Shown: piece by piece, positions 9,901-18,463 of the stretch
Layout of the letters: each line of letters begins with the position of its first letter
Position numbering within the stretch: the stretch's first letter is position 1
DNA from: an uncultured Clostridia bacterium
GTDB taxonomy: Bacteria; Bacillota; Clostridia; Saccharofermentanales; Saccharofermentanaceae
Assembly: GCA_946529715.1 (NCBI GenBank)
Contig: CAMMZJ010000002.1
Location: 2,936-66,935, forward strand
DNA: 64,000 nucleotides
Direction of reading: 5' to 3'
Position numbers and translations under genes: made by a program
Notes under the pieces: model-generated
Databases searched by the model: none
Seen by the model: the letters and a program-made list of their open reading frames with translations, nothing else
What the model was told of the DNA's origin: nothing

Positions 9901-10202
9901 GCTCCCACGCTGATACGAAGACCATGCAGCTTTACTCCGGCAAGGGTGATATCCTGAGGTTTACGAGACTTCCCGATCGTCAGGGATACGACAGGTTTGA
10001 TTTCACGGTCCTTCCGTTCACCCCTGAGCAGATGAACGAGTATCTTCACGAGGAGCTTCTCATGAGAAACGATTCCTGCGAGCTTTTCATTGATTTCTGT
10101 TCAAAGGAGATCGAGAGAACGGGAAATAATGTATCTTCACTTCCCCTCAGGAAGAACGTGGCTTATAAGGAGACCTTCGAGCTTAAGCTCATCAAGGGTT
10201 AA
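6981..10202 (+). CDS. GH2 beta-galactosidase (LacZ)-like protein, cytoplasmic, with apparently degenerate catalytic motifs
   Basis: 1073 aa. LacZ-like landmarks are WQTEGYG, HPSVIMWG and the C-terminal domain-5 motif WYGRGPGESYYDRK. There is no signal peptide. The expected RxSHYP and GNE(S) motifs read GQGFP and GSYG (see findings). Confidence 0.75.
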   Translation: MKFEYANDGFLPYGSFDSIYKERELPEFGAVESPYKRELTGWKFFLAKSESEIPFGFESRSFDDSEWDIINVPSTWQTEGYGLPQNLLYNYPEELDKIAKRGEESISDKLLLHSTDSDSDEVGIYRTSIVFSEEDIDRALYLEVSGICGSFNVYLNGQLQTESHSVMTHKRLLISNSAKPGVNQLAILVNRWDRDRNGKIKREIMNYGFSGIFRPVFVVAEPLLEISNLHIRLSNVPAAYVNQLTVDTASEKQSLAKVSRGDYLVKADFNIRNHTDYVMPYKINVSVVEARSEYDPYKMPYAKLNMQSAPGGTVDSHETIRDAAEFVALDVLQWSDATPVQYDLVLELTDSRGGVICAKKRRFGFRSTEIMMDKFHINDRPETLKLVRYFEFDPMSGITVPMETYRHDIMLMKRCGINGVIGQGFPLSDDFLNLCDQYGIYVIAESDMNLMHDYVESAMVHPSVIMWGMGSYGFDASKGGKIKAELKTIDDTRPWYVSKDTELKVTDMSPMPGDAGLVFGPWQDLCLDRKNLFDKNKTGNNIFDTVPGRTRFPDDTAEYKWIHHADLVGGKQKENSSIGQGIVSADREPHPIYLDIRKQCSDISIFASQDDPMHLTLRNLHPFAYTSDLVLEWRILLGGNPVMSGKGNIPEIEPYGTRTLKFPIDPNRYLSDGWANGKPELIEMYMNLLSHEIVFDISLKLANDTYYANEGFEIAFYQDVLSEECGNPVAISNDPMLGSGVEVKALPEGEVSNDGLTEVMEDTSLVAAAPAEPEINVTELINEYEVYALPGNITVGNDNMKIVFDRAKGTVGKIKIGESDFLMGGFLPSFYRCPSNIDRTDRSFVLAKTIFSKESDYEEIQKSLKFTGASYGVKNNVFSFISRYKSFAMKDEVILAYEIPAADTLRITLSFTPRYDMVRYGLRVPIVKDDMLCTWYGRGPGESYYDRKLATRLGLFTAGADKIYHPYARPSENSSHADTKTMQLYSGKGDILRFTRLPDRQGYDRFDFTVLPFTPEQMNEYLHEELLMRNDSCELFIDFCSKEIERTGNNVSSLPLRKNVAYKETFELKLIKG

Positions 10203-10911
10203 GGAGATCATCGATCTCCCTTTTGGTGAGCAGTCGGTATTCCCCGTATTTGATCCCGTCGAGCTTTATATTCCTGAACCTTATCCTGCGCAGCTTTACC
10301 ACCCGGTAGCCCAGATATTCGCACATACGTCTTATCTGCCTGTTAAGACCCTGCTTGAGGATTATCCTGAAGGTGTGGTTGCCCGTGACCGTAACGGTGC
10401 AGGGGAGAGTGATCTTACCGTCCAGGGGGATGCCTTTCTCCATTTTCTCCTTGAAGTCCGCGCCGATCTTGCGGTCGGTCCTGACCTCGTATTCCTTCTC
10501 GTGACCGAACTCGGCTCGAAGGAGTTTATTGACTGAATCACCGTCGTTGGTAAGGAGGATGAGTCCCGAGGAATTCTTATCCAGTCTCCCGATGGGGAAG
10601 ATCCGCTCCTTATATCCTATATAGTCTATTATATTATCCGGATCCCTTGTATCCGTGGTGCAGGTTATGCCCAGGGGCTTATGGAGTGCCAGATAGATCT
10701 TGTCGTCCTTGGGAACGACCTCACGCCCCTCAACGGCCACGGAATCGCCGGGGAAGACCCGGGTCCCGAGATCCGCCTTAACTCCGTTTACGGTGACCTT
10801 TCCGTTCTCGATATAGGAATCCGCCTCGCGCCTGGAACAGAAACCCGAGGACGCAATATACTTGTTGAGCCTTACGCTTTCCGTTTCCGCCATATCAGTA
10901 CCAGGTGGCAT
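10192..10911 (-). CDS. RsuA/RluF-family pseudouridine synthase with S4 domain
   Basis: S4 domain RLNKYIASSGFCSRREADSYIENGKVTVNG. Catalytic motif GRLDKNSSGLILLTNDG. The start overlaps the stop of the upstream kinase gene; an alternative M at 10893 is possible. Confidence 0.85.
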   Translation of the reverse strand: MPPGTDMAETESVRLNKYIASSGFCSRREADSYIENGKVTVNGVKADLGTRVFPGDSVAVEGREVVPKDDKIYLALHKPLGITCTTDTRDPDNIIDYIGYKERIFPIGRLDKNSSGLILLTNDGDSVNKLLRAEFGHEKEYEVRTDRKIGADFKEKMEKGIPLDGKITLPCTVTVTGNHTFRIILKQGLNRQIRRMCEYLGYRVVKLRRIRFRNIKLDGIKYGEYRLLTKREIDDLLNP

Positions 10912-12694
10912 TCGTCTCGGCGCGCTTCAAGGTGAAGGTGAAGGTCGTGCCCTTGCCGTATTCGCTCTCCACGGTGATGTCCTCGCCCATGTAGGTGAGG
11001 AGCTCCTTGGCGATGGCAAGGCCCAGACCGGTGCCCTTCTTGCCCCTGGCACGGTCGGCCTTGAAGAAACGGTCGAAGATGTGATTGATATCGTATTCGT
11101 GGATGCCTTGCCCCGTATCGCTTACGGAGATCATGACCTTGTTTATCATCTCGTTATACTCGGAATGGATCGTTATGGATCCTTCGGCGGGGGTATACTT
11201 CTTGGCATTGTCCAGCAGGATAACCAGGATCTGCTCGACTCTGTCGGGGTTTCCGATCACGGTGGGGAGCTTACCCGTATTGAACATGACCTTGAACTTT
11301 ATCTTTGCCTCCTTCATGACGGGGAGCATCTTCGTCTCGAATTCGGAGAGAAGGTTATTGATATCGAAGGGATATGTCTTGAAGGCCAGGGTCCTGGACT
11401 GGAGCTTGGAAAGCTCCAACATGTCGTCGATGAGCCTGGAAAGCCGGAGGGTCTCATTGAGGATGATGTTGTAATATCTCTGGCGGTCCTCCTCGTTCTT
11501 TACCATGCCGTCTGCCAGGGGCTCGATAAGTCCCCGGAGGGTCTGCAGAGGGGTACGCAATTCATGGGATATGTTGGCAACATAGTCCTTCCTTGTCCTC
11601 TCGAGCTTCGATTCCTCCGTTATATCCCTTACGAATCCCGTGGCGCCGGAACACTTGTCGGGGTCGTCGGGATCCGTTTTGGGGAGGATGGTCACATGGT
11701 AAGCATAGTCGGGACCTTCAATGAGGAAATCCTTTGTCTCGTTCTCGGCTATACATTCGTCCACGTTCGTCCAGACTTCGTCGAAGGGGATGAGCTGGAG
11801 CTTCTCGGTGAACAGGTTCTTCTTGGGAACCCTGGAGAAAAGGGTCTTTATGGTATCGTTGGTGACGGTGATGTTACCGTTCTCATCGAAAAGAACGATG
11901 CCCTCGGTGCTGACATTGACGATATCTTCGAGCCTGTTTCTCTCCTGGGTAAGGTCGTTGATGGATTTTGAGAGCTTATCCGCCATGGTGTTGAAGGAGG
12001 TGGCAAGCTCTCCGACCTCGCCGGAGTAATCCTCGTCGGCACGAAGCTCGTAGTTTCCTTTTCCGTAATCCTTTGCGATCTCATTGATCTCCTGTATGGG
12101 CCTTACGATCCTCGTAACCACCAGCACGACGGGAACGATCATGGTGAGGGCGGCAGCCAGGGTGGAGAGGAGGAGGATGTTAACGTACTGGGATATGACG
12201 TCGCTCATCTCGTCGATCTCGGATATGGAGAGAAGGCAGAAGTCACCGTCATCCAGGGTGATGTTGAATCTGGTGAGCATCACATTATGCATGGGACCGT
12301 CTTCTTCGATAATTTTGAGACTGTATTTCTCTTCGGGATCGTAGACCAGGACTTCCTTGGCCTTTTCCGTGTAGTAAAGGTCGGATTCATCCAGGGAGAA
12401 AAGGGGGGAGATCACATCTCCGTTTGTCTTCGTCAGACGGAAACGGGTACCCGTTATCTCGGAGATGTTCTCGAGGAAAAACGATAACTGCTCGGAATCG
12501 GACCTTCCGAATTCCTCCACCAGCACCGCGGCTTTGCCTGTCTGGTCGAAGATGTTGTTGACCTCTTCGTTAAAGGCGGCATTTCTTCCCGCAATGACGA
12601 AAGCAAGGGTAGAGAAGGCTACAGAGGCTGCAAGAGCGCCTAATACGAGTACAACTGTTCTTCGAAGGAGAGAACTGTTGCTGCTTCGTATCAT
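10895..12694 (-). CDS. WalK/VicK-like sensor histidine kinase (2 TM, extracellular loop, HAMP, PAS, HisKA, HATPase)
   Basis: H-box DYVANISHELRTPL, N-box LLDNAKKYT, G1 DTGQGI, G2 GTGLGLAIAKE. N-terminal TM, roughly 150 aa loop, then a second TM. There is a 4-nt ATGA overlap with the regulator gene. Confidence 0.88.
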   Translation of the reverse strand: MIRSSNSSLLRRTVVLVLGALAASVAFSTLAFVIAGRNAAFNEEVNNIFDQTGKAAVLVEEFGRSDSEQLSFFLENISEITGTRFRLTKTNGDVISPLFSLDESDLYYTEKAKEVLVYDPEEKYSLKIIEEDGPMHNVMLTRFNITLDDGDFCLLSISEIDEMSDVISQYVNILLLSTLAAALTMIVPVVLVVTRIVRPIQEINEIAKDYGKGNYELRADEDYSGEVGELATSFNTMADKLSKSINDLTQERNRLEDIVNVSTEGIVLFDENGNITVTNDTIKTLFSRVPKKNLFTEKLQLIPFDEVWTNVDECIAENETKDFLIEGPDYAYHVTILPKTDPDDPDKCSGATGFVRDITEESKLERTRKDYVANISHELRTPLQTLRGLIEPLADGMVKNEEDRQRYYNIILNETLRLSRLIDDMLELSKLQSRTLAFKTYPFDINNLLSEFETKMLPVMKEAKIKFKVMFNTGKLPTVIGNPDRVEQILVILLDNAKKYTPAEGSITIHSEYNEMINKVMISVSDTGQGIHEYDINHIFDRFFKADRARGKKGTGLGLAIAKELLTYMGEDITVESEYGKGTTFTFTLKRAETNATWY

Positions 12695-13380
12695 CCCGTA
12701 ACCTCAAACTTATATCCTACGCTGTAGACTGTCTGGATGCTCCAGGAGGCGCCGGGGAATGATATCTTCTGTCTGATCCTCTTGATGTGGGTGTCCACCG
12801 TACGGGGATCTCCCGAATAGTCGTTGCCCCATACGAGGCCCAGGATCTGATCCCTTCCCATTACCTGACCCGGATGGGAGGCCAGGAGGTGGAGTATCTC
12901 AACTTCCTTGGGGGTGAAGGGAATGACCTCACCCTTGGATTTAACGGTATAGTTGTCCATATTGATCTCGAGTCCGTCGAATCTTAAGACTGCGGAGGAT
13001 TCCGCGGGTTCACCGGTCCTTCGAAGGACCGCCTTGATCCTGGCGATAACTTCCCTGGGGGAGAAGGGCTTGACTATATAGTCGTCCGCGCCCAGTTCCA
13101 GACCGAGGACTCTGTCGATCTCCTCACCCTTAGCGGTGAGGATGATGATGGGGGTCTGATGGTTCTTCCTTATCTCGCGGCATACGTCGAGACCGCTCAT
13201 CTCGGGCATCATAACATCGAGAAGGATAAGATCCGGCTTGTCTTCTTCAACTTTCCGTAATGACTCGGCGCCGTCGTAGGCGTCGGAGTGGGAATAGTGC
13301 TCATTCTCTATATAGAGGCGCAGTGATTCATGAACGATCGGGTCGTCATCACAAATGAGGATATGAGGGATCTGTGACAT
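12691..13380 (-). CDS. OmpR/WalR-like response regulator
   Basis: Receiver ILICDDDP...DLILLDVMMPEMSG...LTAKG...KPFSPRE. Winged helix DPRTVDTHIKRIRQK. Start set at MSQIPH (13380), preceded by AAGGAGA; the 42 codons upstream in the ORF track have no RBS and look non-coding. Confidence 0.9.
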   Translation of the reverse strand: MSQIPHILICDDDPIVHESLRLYIENEHYSHSDAYDGAESLRKVEEDKPDLILLDVMMPEMSGLDVCREIRKNHQTPIIILTAKGEEIDRVLGLELGADDYIVKPFSPREVIARIKAVLRRTGEPAESSAVLRFDGLEINMDNYTVKSKGEVIPFTPKEVEILHLLASHPGQVMGRDQILGLVWGNDYSGDPRTVDTHIKRIRQKISFPGASWSIQTVYSVGYKFEVTG

Positions 13381-13473
13381 TTCTATTCTCCTTGATCGAT
13401 GGTTAAACAAAATCCATTCCATTATATAATAAATCTTGTCCGAATTGTGACATAAATGAGGAATTTTTATAAT

Positions 13474-13502
13474 TTGTATCTTAATTTTGCTGGGTGTATA
13501 AT
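13474..13502 (+). promoter_or_regulatory. Sigma-A promoter of the lipoprotein operon
   Basis: -35 TTGTAT (13474-13479), 17-nt spacer ending in TG, -10 TATAAT (13497-13502). RBS AAGGAGAA lies before the ATG at 13548. Confidence 0.6.
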
Positions 13503-13547
13503 ACATACGCGCTTATGTGCTAATTTCTTTGAATAAGGAGAACGATA

Positions 13548-14951
13548 ATGAAAAACGTAACTAAGAAGCTTGTATCAGCAGTTGTTGCTTCTTCCGTTGC
13601 TCTCAGCCTCGCTTCCTGTGCCGATAAGGCGGGCGAGCAGGTTATGGAAGCAGCTGACGAATATGCAAAGGCAGTATGCGATGCTGACGCTAAAGCAATC
13701 AAGGATCTTTCCAATGATCTCGACGATGATACGGCTGAAGCCATTGATACGACGCTTGGCGGAGATCTCTTCTTTACAGATTATGACGAGGACATCGTAA
13801 ATGCCATCCTCGGTACGATGACATACGAGATCGACGAGGAGTCCCTTGAAGCATCCACAAAGGACGGCGAGGGTGAGGTTACCATCGTCTTTACTCTTGT
13901 TGACTATGAGGCTCTCATGGAGGATGACGAAGTCATGGTGGATCCCGAGACTTTCATCGATGCCATCGAAAGCTCCGATGCCACAAAGGATTACGAGTTC
14001 AAGGCTGACTTCGAGCTTGTTGACGAGGAGTGGCTTGTAAACAACACAGACGATCTTGCTGATGTCTACGATTTCTATTTCGAGACGTATGAGTTCCCCG
14101 TTGACCTTGCCGGTGCCATCTCCGGTACCGAGTGGTGGTGGGCTGAAGATGATGAGGGTAATTATACGAATACTTCATCCATCGAGCTTGACCTGAACTT
14201 CAACGACTATACCGTTGACTATTCCGGTATTTACTATACCGTTGAGTACAATGGTGAGCTTGTCTACACAAGTGAGAGCGGAGAGAATTGGGGTATCTAC
14301 GGTTCTGACGAGGGTGCGGTCCTTGACGATAACTGGTGCCTCCCTGCAGGTTCTTATAAGATCACATTCTACGATGAGAACGGTAATGAGCTTGCTTCCG
14401 ATACGGCTACCGTTACCGTAACTGCCGTAGAGACGGCTGCTGCCACAGAAGTTCCCGCCGCATCCGATCCCGTATCCGATCCCGATGATGTTATCTTATC
14501 CGGTGATATGGACATCGTTGAAACAGACGATAATGACAGCACGGTCTACTTCGATCAGACCTTCGTGGATAACATCCTCAGAAAGGAAGACGGTTCTCTT
14601 TCCGCAGGTTGGTGGGATTACTCCAGCGGATCCTGGTCCATCGTCGATTCCTACGGTGCCATCGGATATAATACGAGTGTCGAGACTATTGCTTACTCCA
14701 TTGAGGTAGATCCTTCTTTGACCGACACCATTTACTTCGAGTACTACTACAGTGCAGACGGAATGTTCGATGATATCGGAACCACCGCTGATTTCTCTAA
14801 CACCATCGCTCCCACCGTATATTCTAATGCTGCTTACTATGACATCGATTACGACCTCGCTGCACCTTCTCCTGCGGGTTCCTACCTGCTTCTCATTTAT
14901 GATGCTTCCCATTCTACGATGCTCATGGCTGCAACAATAAATGTTGAATAA
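13548..14951 (+). CDS. Acidic lipoprotein, paralogue A (N-terminal domain plus two copies of a C-terminal beta-rich module)
   Basis: Lipobox VALSLASC. Shares TEWWW.(E/D)DDEG.YT.TS.IELD and P(A)(G/D)(S/T)Y.I.FYD.NGN with the next ORF. A second module copy ends in SPAGSYLLLIYD. Very D/E-rich. Confidence 0.8.
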   Translation: MKNVTKKLVSAVVASSVALSLASCADKAGEQVMEAADEYAKAVCDADAKAIKDLSNDLDDDTAEAIDTTLGGDLFFTDYDEDIVNAILGTMTYEIDEESLEASTKDGEGEVTIVFTLVDYEALMEDDEVMVDPETFIDAIESSDATKDYEFKADFELVDEEWLVNNTDDLADVYDFYFETYEFPVDLAGAISGTEWWWAEDDEGNYTNTSSIELDLNFNDYTVDYSGIYYTVEYNGELVYTSESGENWGIYGSDEGAVLDDNWCLPAGSYKITFYDENGNELASDTATVTVTAVETAAATEVPAASDPVSDPDDVILSGDMDIVETDDNDSTVYFDQTFVDNILRKEDGSLSAGWWDYSSGSWSIVDSYGAIGYNTSVETIAYSIEVDPSLTDTIYFEYYYSADGMFDDIGTTADFSNTIAPTVYSNAAYYDIDYDLAAPSPAGSYLLLIYDASHSTMLMAATINVE

Positions 14952-14977
14952 TTAATTAATTTAAAAGGAGTTATGTT

Positions 14978-15868
14978 ATGAAAAAGACAGTTAAGATGAC
15001 AATGTCCGCTCTCCTTGCACTCTCAGTAGTTGCAAGTGCAGCAGGATGCTCTCTCTTCGACAAGGCCGGAGAGAATTGCATCAAGGTCGGCGACGAGTTC
15101 CTTGAGGCCGCTCTCGAGAGGGGGATCGAGGACATGATCGACCTTTGCGATGACGAGGACGATGCTGATGAGGCGCTCTCCGCTTATGCCGCTGAGAATG
15201 AGCCCGTTGATGCCATCATTTCCAGGGCCACATTCGAGGCAGGTAAGCCCGAGTGTAAGACAAAGGATAAGAAGGGTAAGGTTACTTACACCATCTCACT
15301 TCCCGATTATGAGGCAGCCCTTGATGAGGAGCCCGAGGATGTGGATGAGTTTGAAGACCTTCTCGACGATTCAGAGGACAAGATCGAGATGGAGATCACC
15401 CTTGAGTTCTCCCTCAACAAGAAGGACGAGTGGGTCATCACGAATCCCGATGATTTTGCAGAGGACTTCTATCAGGAACTCGCAGACGTCGATTTCCCCT
15501 TCTCATCTTCTCTTGTATCCCTGGTGGATCACACTGAATGGTGGTGGGATGATGACGAGGGCCATTACACTGATACTTCCGATATCGAGCTCGATATCAT
15601 ACCCACAGCTGAAGGCCAGAGCTACGACATAACTTGGGAGTTCTACTATGAAGTATATAACAACGGCGGTACTAACCTTGTTTACACAAGCCCCGATAAG
15701 ACCGATTCCGGTGCCTACATCGAGGCATACTTCTATGCAAGCGATCTTCCCAACTATGATTCCAGCTGGTGGTATATGCCTGCAGATACGTACCGCATCG
15801 TTTTCTACGACCTCAATGGTAACGTTATTGCAGAAAACAGCTGTGTAGTAGAAAATACAATGGATTGA
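14978..15868 (+). CDS. Acidic lipoprotein, paralogue B
   Basis: Lipobox VVASAAGC. Contains HTEWWWDDDEGHYTDTSDIELD and MPADTYRIVFYDLNGNVIAE, which align with paralogue A. RBS AAAGGAG. Confidence 0.8.
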   Translation: MKKTVKMTMSALLALSVVASAAGCSLFDKAGENCIKVGDEFLEAALERGIEDMIDLCDDEDDADEALSAYAAENEPVDAIISRATFEAGKPECKTKDKKGKVTYTISLPDYEAALDEEPEDVDEFEDLLDDSEDKIEMEITLEFSLNKKDEWVITNPDDFAEDFYQELADVDFPFSSSLVSLVDHTEWWWDDDEGHYTDTSDIELDIIPTAEGQSYDITWEFYYEVYNNGGTNLVYTSPDKTDSGAYIEAYFYASDLPNYDSSWWYMPADTYRIVFYDLNGNVIAENSCVVENTMD

Positions 15869-15897
15869 TGACAGCTTTCTTGTAATTGCTAAGCATT

Positions 15898-15932
15898 CCG
15901 CCGCTCCGGTTCATCCGGGGCGGTGGTTTTTT
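15898..15932 (+). terminator. Rho-independent terminator after lipoprotein B
   Basis: CCGCCGCTCCGG (15898-15909) pairs with CCGGGGCGGTGG (15915-15926) with two G:U pairs, followed by TTTTTT. Confidence 0.8.
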
Positions 15933-15982
15933 GTTCGTGAAAATAATATAATTACCGTTGTATATGAACGGAGGAACGGTAA

Positions 15983-16864
15983 ATGATAAGAAAAACGGAT
16001 ATCTTCAAGAGATCAGTTGCGGCGACCCTCGTATTAGCCGTATCGATAATGTCTTCGGGGTGTTCGGACTATCTTCGCAAGGTAGTTAAGGAGAAGGTGA
16101 CGGATGAGGTAACGGCTCAGATGGACTCGTTCGTATCGGATCCCGTGTCGTTTCTGGAAGAAAACAATGTGGATGAAGGTTACATCTCTGCCCTTACGGA
16201 TGAGCAGAAGGAGATTGCCCTTGACGTGTTCTCGGATTATTCCTACGAGATCGACAGCATCAAATTGAACGACAAGAGGACTAAGGCTACTGCCATAGTC
16301 GTATTCCGGGATGTCTATACCGTATCTTCGGACGGACTTCTCGTGGGCACGACGGAGGAGATCGAAGACTATATAAGGTCAGGAGAGGCATCCGACAGAT
16401 CCCTGAGCTTCACACTTAAGAGGGATGACGAGCGCAACTGGAAGATCGAGGATATGAAAGAGTTGGAGAAGGCATTCTTCGACGGCTATTCCTCTTTCTG
16501 CGTACTGGACGAAGAGGGTAATCCCATCAACATAAACGAAGCGTTCGTTGAGTCGGTCTACGTGGATTCCGTATGGTATGACTACCTCACGGGCAATCCC
16601 GCTTCCAATACGTTATTTACGTCAGTATCCGTTCTCCAGGCTGTATTCTATTTCAACAGACCCATGAGCATGACCTTTGAAGCTGACCTTCTGAAGGACG
16701 GAGACGTCGTTGATACAAGGGAAGTCACGTTGAACGGTGATGTTTCCGCCATGTTTGATTTCGAGTCCCAAGGCGGCGGGGATTTCCCGGCGGGATCCTA
16801 CGAGGTGGAATTAAGATACGGTGACCAGATAATAGCAAGTTCGGCTACGGCGAACGTTAACTAG
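15983..16864 (+). CDS. Lipoprotein, distant paralogue C
   Basis: Lipobox SIMSSGC. Same two-part layout. The C-terminal module ends in FPAGSYEVELRYGDQIIAS, matching the PAGSY motif of A and B. Its codon usage differs from A and B. Confidence 0.7.
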   Translation: MIRKTDIFKRSVAATLVLAVSIMSSGCSDYLRKVVKEKVTDEVTAQMDSFVSDPVSFLEENNVDEGYISALTDEQKEIALDVFSDYSYEIDSIKLNDKRTKATAIVVFRDVYTVSSDGLLVGTTEEIEDYIRSGEASDRSLSFTLKRDDERNWKIEDMKELEKAFFDGYSSFCVLDEEGNPININEAFVESVYVDSVWYDYLTGNPASNTLFTSVSVLQAVFYFNRPMSMTFEADLLKDGDVVDTREVTLNGDVSAMFDFESQGGGDFPAGSYEVELRYGDQIIASSATANVN

Positions 16865-16874
16865 GGAGGCTGCA

Positions 16875-17759
16875 TTGTTTAAAGCTGATAAATGGAAGGA
16901 TTTTGAAGTTCTCCTGGCAGGAGACGGCAGAAAGCTGGAAAGATGGGGAGACGTGGTCCTTCTTCGTCCCGATCCCCAGGCGGTCTGGCCCTTCCCGGAA
17001 GATGACAGATATTCGCCCAATGCCGTATATAACAGGAGCAGCACCGGGGGAGGATCCTGGAGCAAGCTCCGTTCCATGCCCTCCAAGTGGGAGATCTCCT
17101 ATGATTCCCTGGGCAAAAAGCTGGGTTTCATTATAGAACCAACTTCCTTCAAGCACACGGGACTGTTCCCGGAGCAGGCGGCCAACTGGGATTTCTTCGG
17201 GAAGATCATTTCCGATGCGGCAGCATCAGGAAAGGAGGATATCAAGGTCCTTAACCTTTTCGCTTATACGGGCGGTGCTACCTGTGCCGCCGCGGCCCAC
17301 GGTGCCCATGAGGTGGTGCACGTGGATTCCTCCAAGGGTATGATAAGCCGTGCCAAGGAGAACATCGAGCTGTCGGGACTTTCGGGATCCTATGTTCGCT
17401 TCATAGCCGAGGATTGCAGAAAGTTCGTGGAAAGGGAGATCAGAAGGGGACGCAAGTACGACGGTATCATCATGGATCCGCCCAAGTACGGAAGGGGCCC
17501 CACGGGTGAGCTTTGGGAGATAGAAAGATCCCTTTACGAATTCGTGGAGCGTTGCTCGCTTTTGTTGTCTGACGATCCCCTGTTCTTCGTGATAAGTTCC
17601 TACGCCACGGAGCTTCAGGCCTCCGCCGTGGGCAATGTCCTGGAACTCACCGTCGCTTCCAGGTTCAAGGGCAGGGTGGATACGGATGAACTGGCTCTCC
17701 CCGTAAAGGATATGGGTATCATGTTGCCCTGCGGTCAGACTGCGAGATGGCACAGATGA
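16875..17759 (+). CDS. Class I SAM-dependent (rRNA-type) methyltransferase
   Basis: TTG start 5 nt after GGGAGG. Motif I LNLFAYTGGATCAAA and motif IV GIIMDPPKYG. Resembles RlmI/YwbD-type enzymes. Confidence 0.7.
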   Translation: MFKADKWKDFEVLLAGDGRKLERWGDVVLLRPDPQAVWPFPEDDRYSPNAVYNRSSTGGGSWSKLRSMPSKWEISYDSLGKKLGFIIEPTSFKHTGLFPEQAANWDFFGKIISDAAASGKEDIKVLNLFAYTGGATCAAAAHGAHEVVHVDSSKGMISRAKENIELSGLSGSYVRFIAEDCRKFVEREIRRGRKYDGIIMDPPKYGRGPTGELWEIERSLYEFVERCSLLLSDDPLFFVISSYATELQASAVGNVLELTVASRFKGRVDTDELALPVKDMGIMLPCGQTARWHR

Positions 17760-18463
17760 CCCCGGAGATCATCTACGAAGATAACCATGTGATAGTCGCG
17801 GTAAAACCCGCGGGGATCCTGTCCCAGGCCGACGGGACTGATGCTCCCGACATGCTCGGCCTGCTTCGGGAATATCTCAAGGTGAAGTATAACAAGCCGG
17901 GAAATGTCTATCTGGGGCTTGTTCACAGGCTCGACCGGAACGTGGAGGGGGTCATGGTCTTTGCAAGGACCGATAAGGCGGCTTCCAGGCTGTCAGAGCA
18001 GATCAGATCGGGAAAGACTTCCAAGAGGTACAGAGCGGTGGTCAGCGGACTTTTCGCCGAAAAGGAAGGGCGGCTCGAGGACATCATCCGCAAGGTCAAG
18101 ACAGATCAGGGCTTCAGGGCGGTCATAAAGAACGGCATCAGCTGTAATGCCGATAAAAAGGCTATCCTGGATTACCGGGTGACCGCTGAAGGGACATATA
18201 ATGGAAAAGATGTATCCCTGGTGGATATCAGGCTTGAAACGGGAAGGTTTCATCAGATAAGATGTCAGATGTCCAATGCCGGACATACACTTTTGGGCGA
18301 CAGGAAATACGGGGACAGGCTCTTCCGGGACGGACATAACATATGCCTCCAGTCCTATATGCTGGGCTTCGAACACCCGGTCACACATGAACGATTGAGA
18401 TTTGAGATACCCGTCAAGGACGACAGTCCCTGGGATCTGTTCAAGGAGGAAAAGAATGGCTGA
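17747..18463 (+). CDS. RluA-family pseudouridine synthase (no S4 domain)
   Basis: HRLDRNVEGVMVFARTDKAASRL and ETGRFHQIRCQM. Overlaps the methyltransferase gene by 13 nt. Confidence 0.85.
   Translation: MAQMTPEIIYEDNHVIVAVKPAGILSQADGTDAPDMLGLLREYLKVKYNKPGNVYLGLVHRLDRNVEGVMVFARTDKAASRLSEQIRSGKTSKRYRAVVSGLFAEKEGRLEDIIRKVKTDQGFRAVIKNGISCNADKKAILDYRVTAEGTYNGKDVSLVDIRLETGRFHQIRCQMSNAGHTLLGDRKYGDRLFRDGHNICLQSYMLGFEHPVTHERLRFEIPVKDDSPWDLFKEEKNG

Noticed and set aside
13381-13506. N-terminal extension of the response-regulator ORF (42 extra codons).
   Set aside because: The A/T-rich extension has no RBS and would add a non-homologous tail in front of the receiver domain. MSQIPHILICDDD, preceded by AAGGAGA at 13380, is the canonical start.
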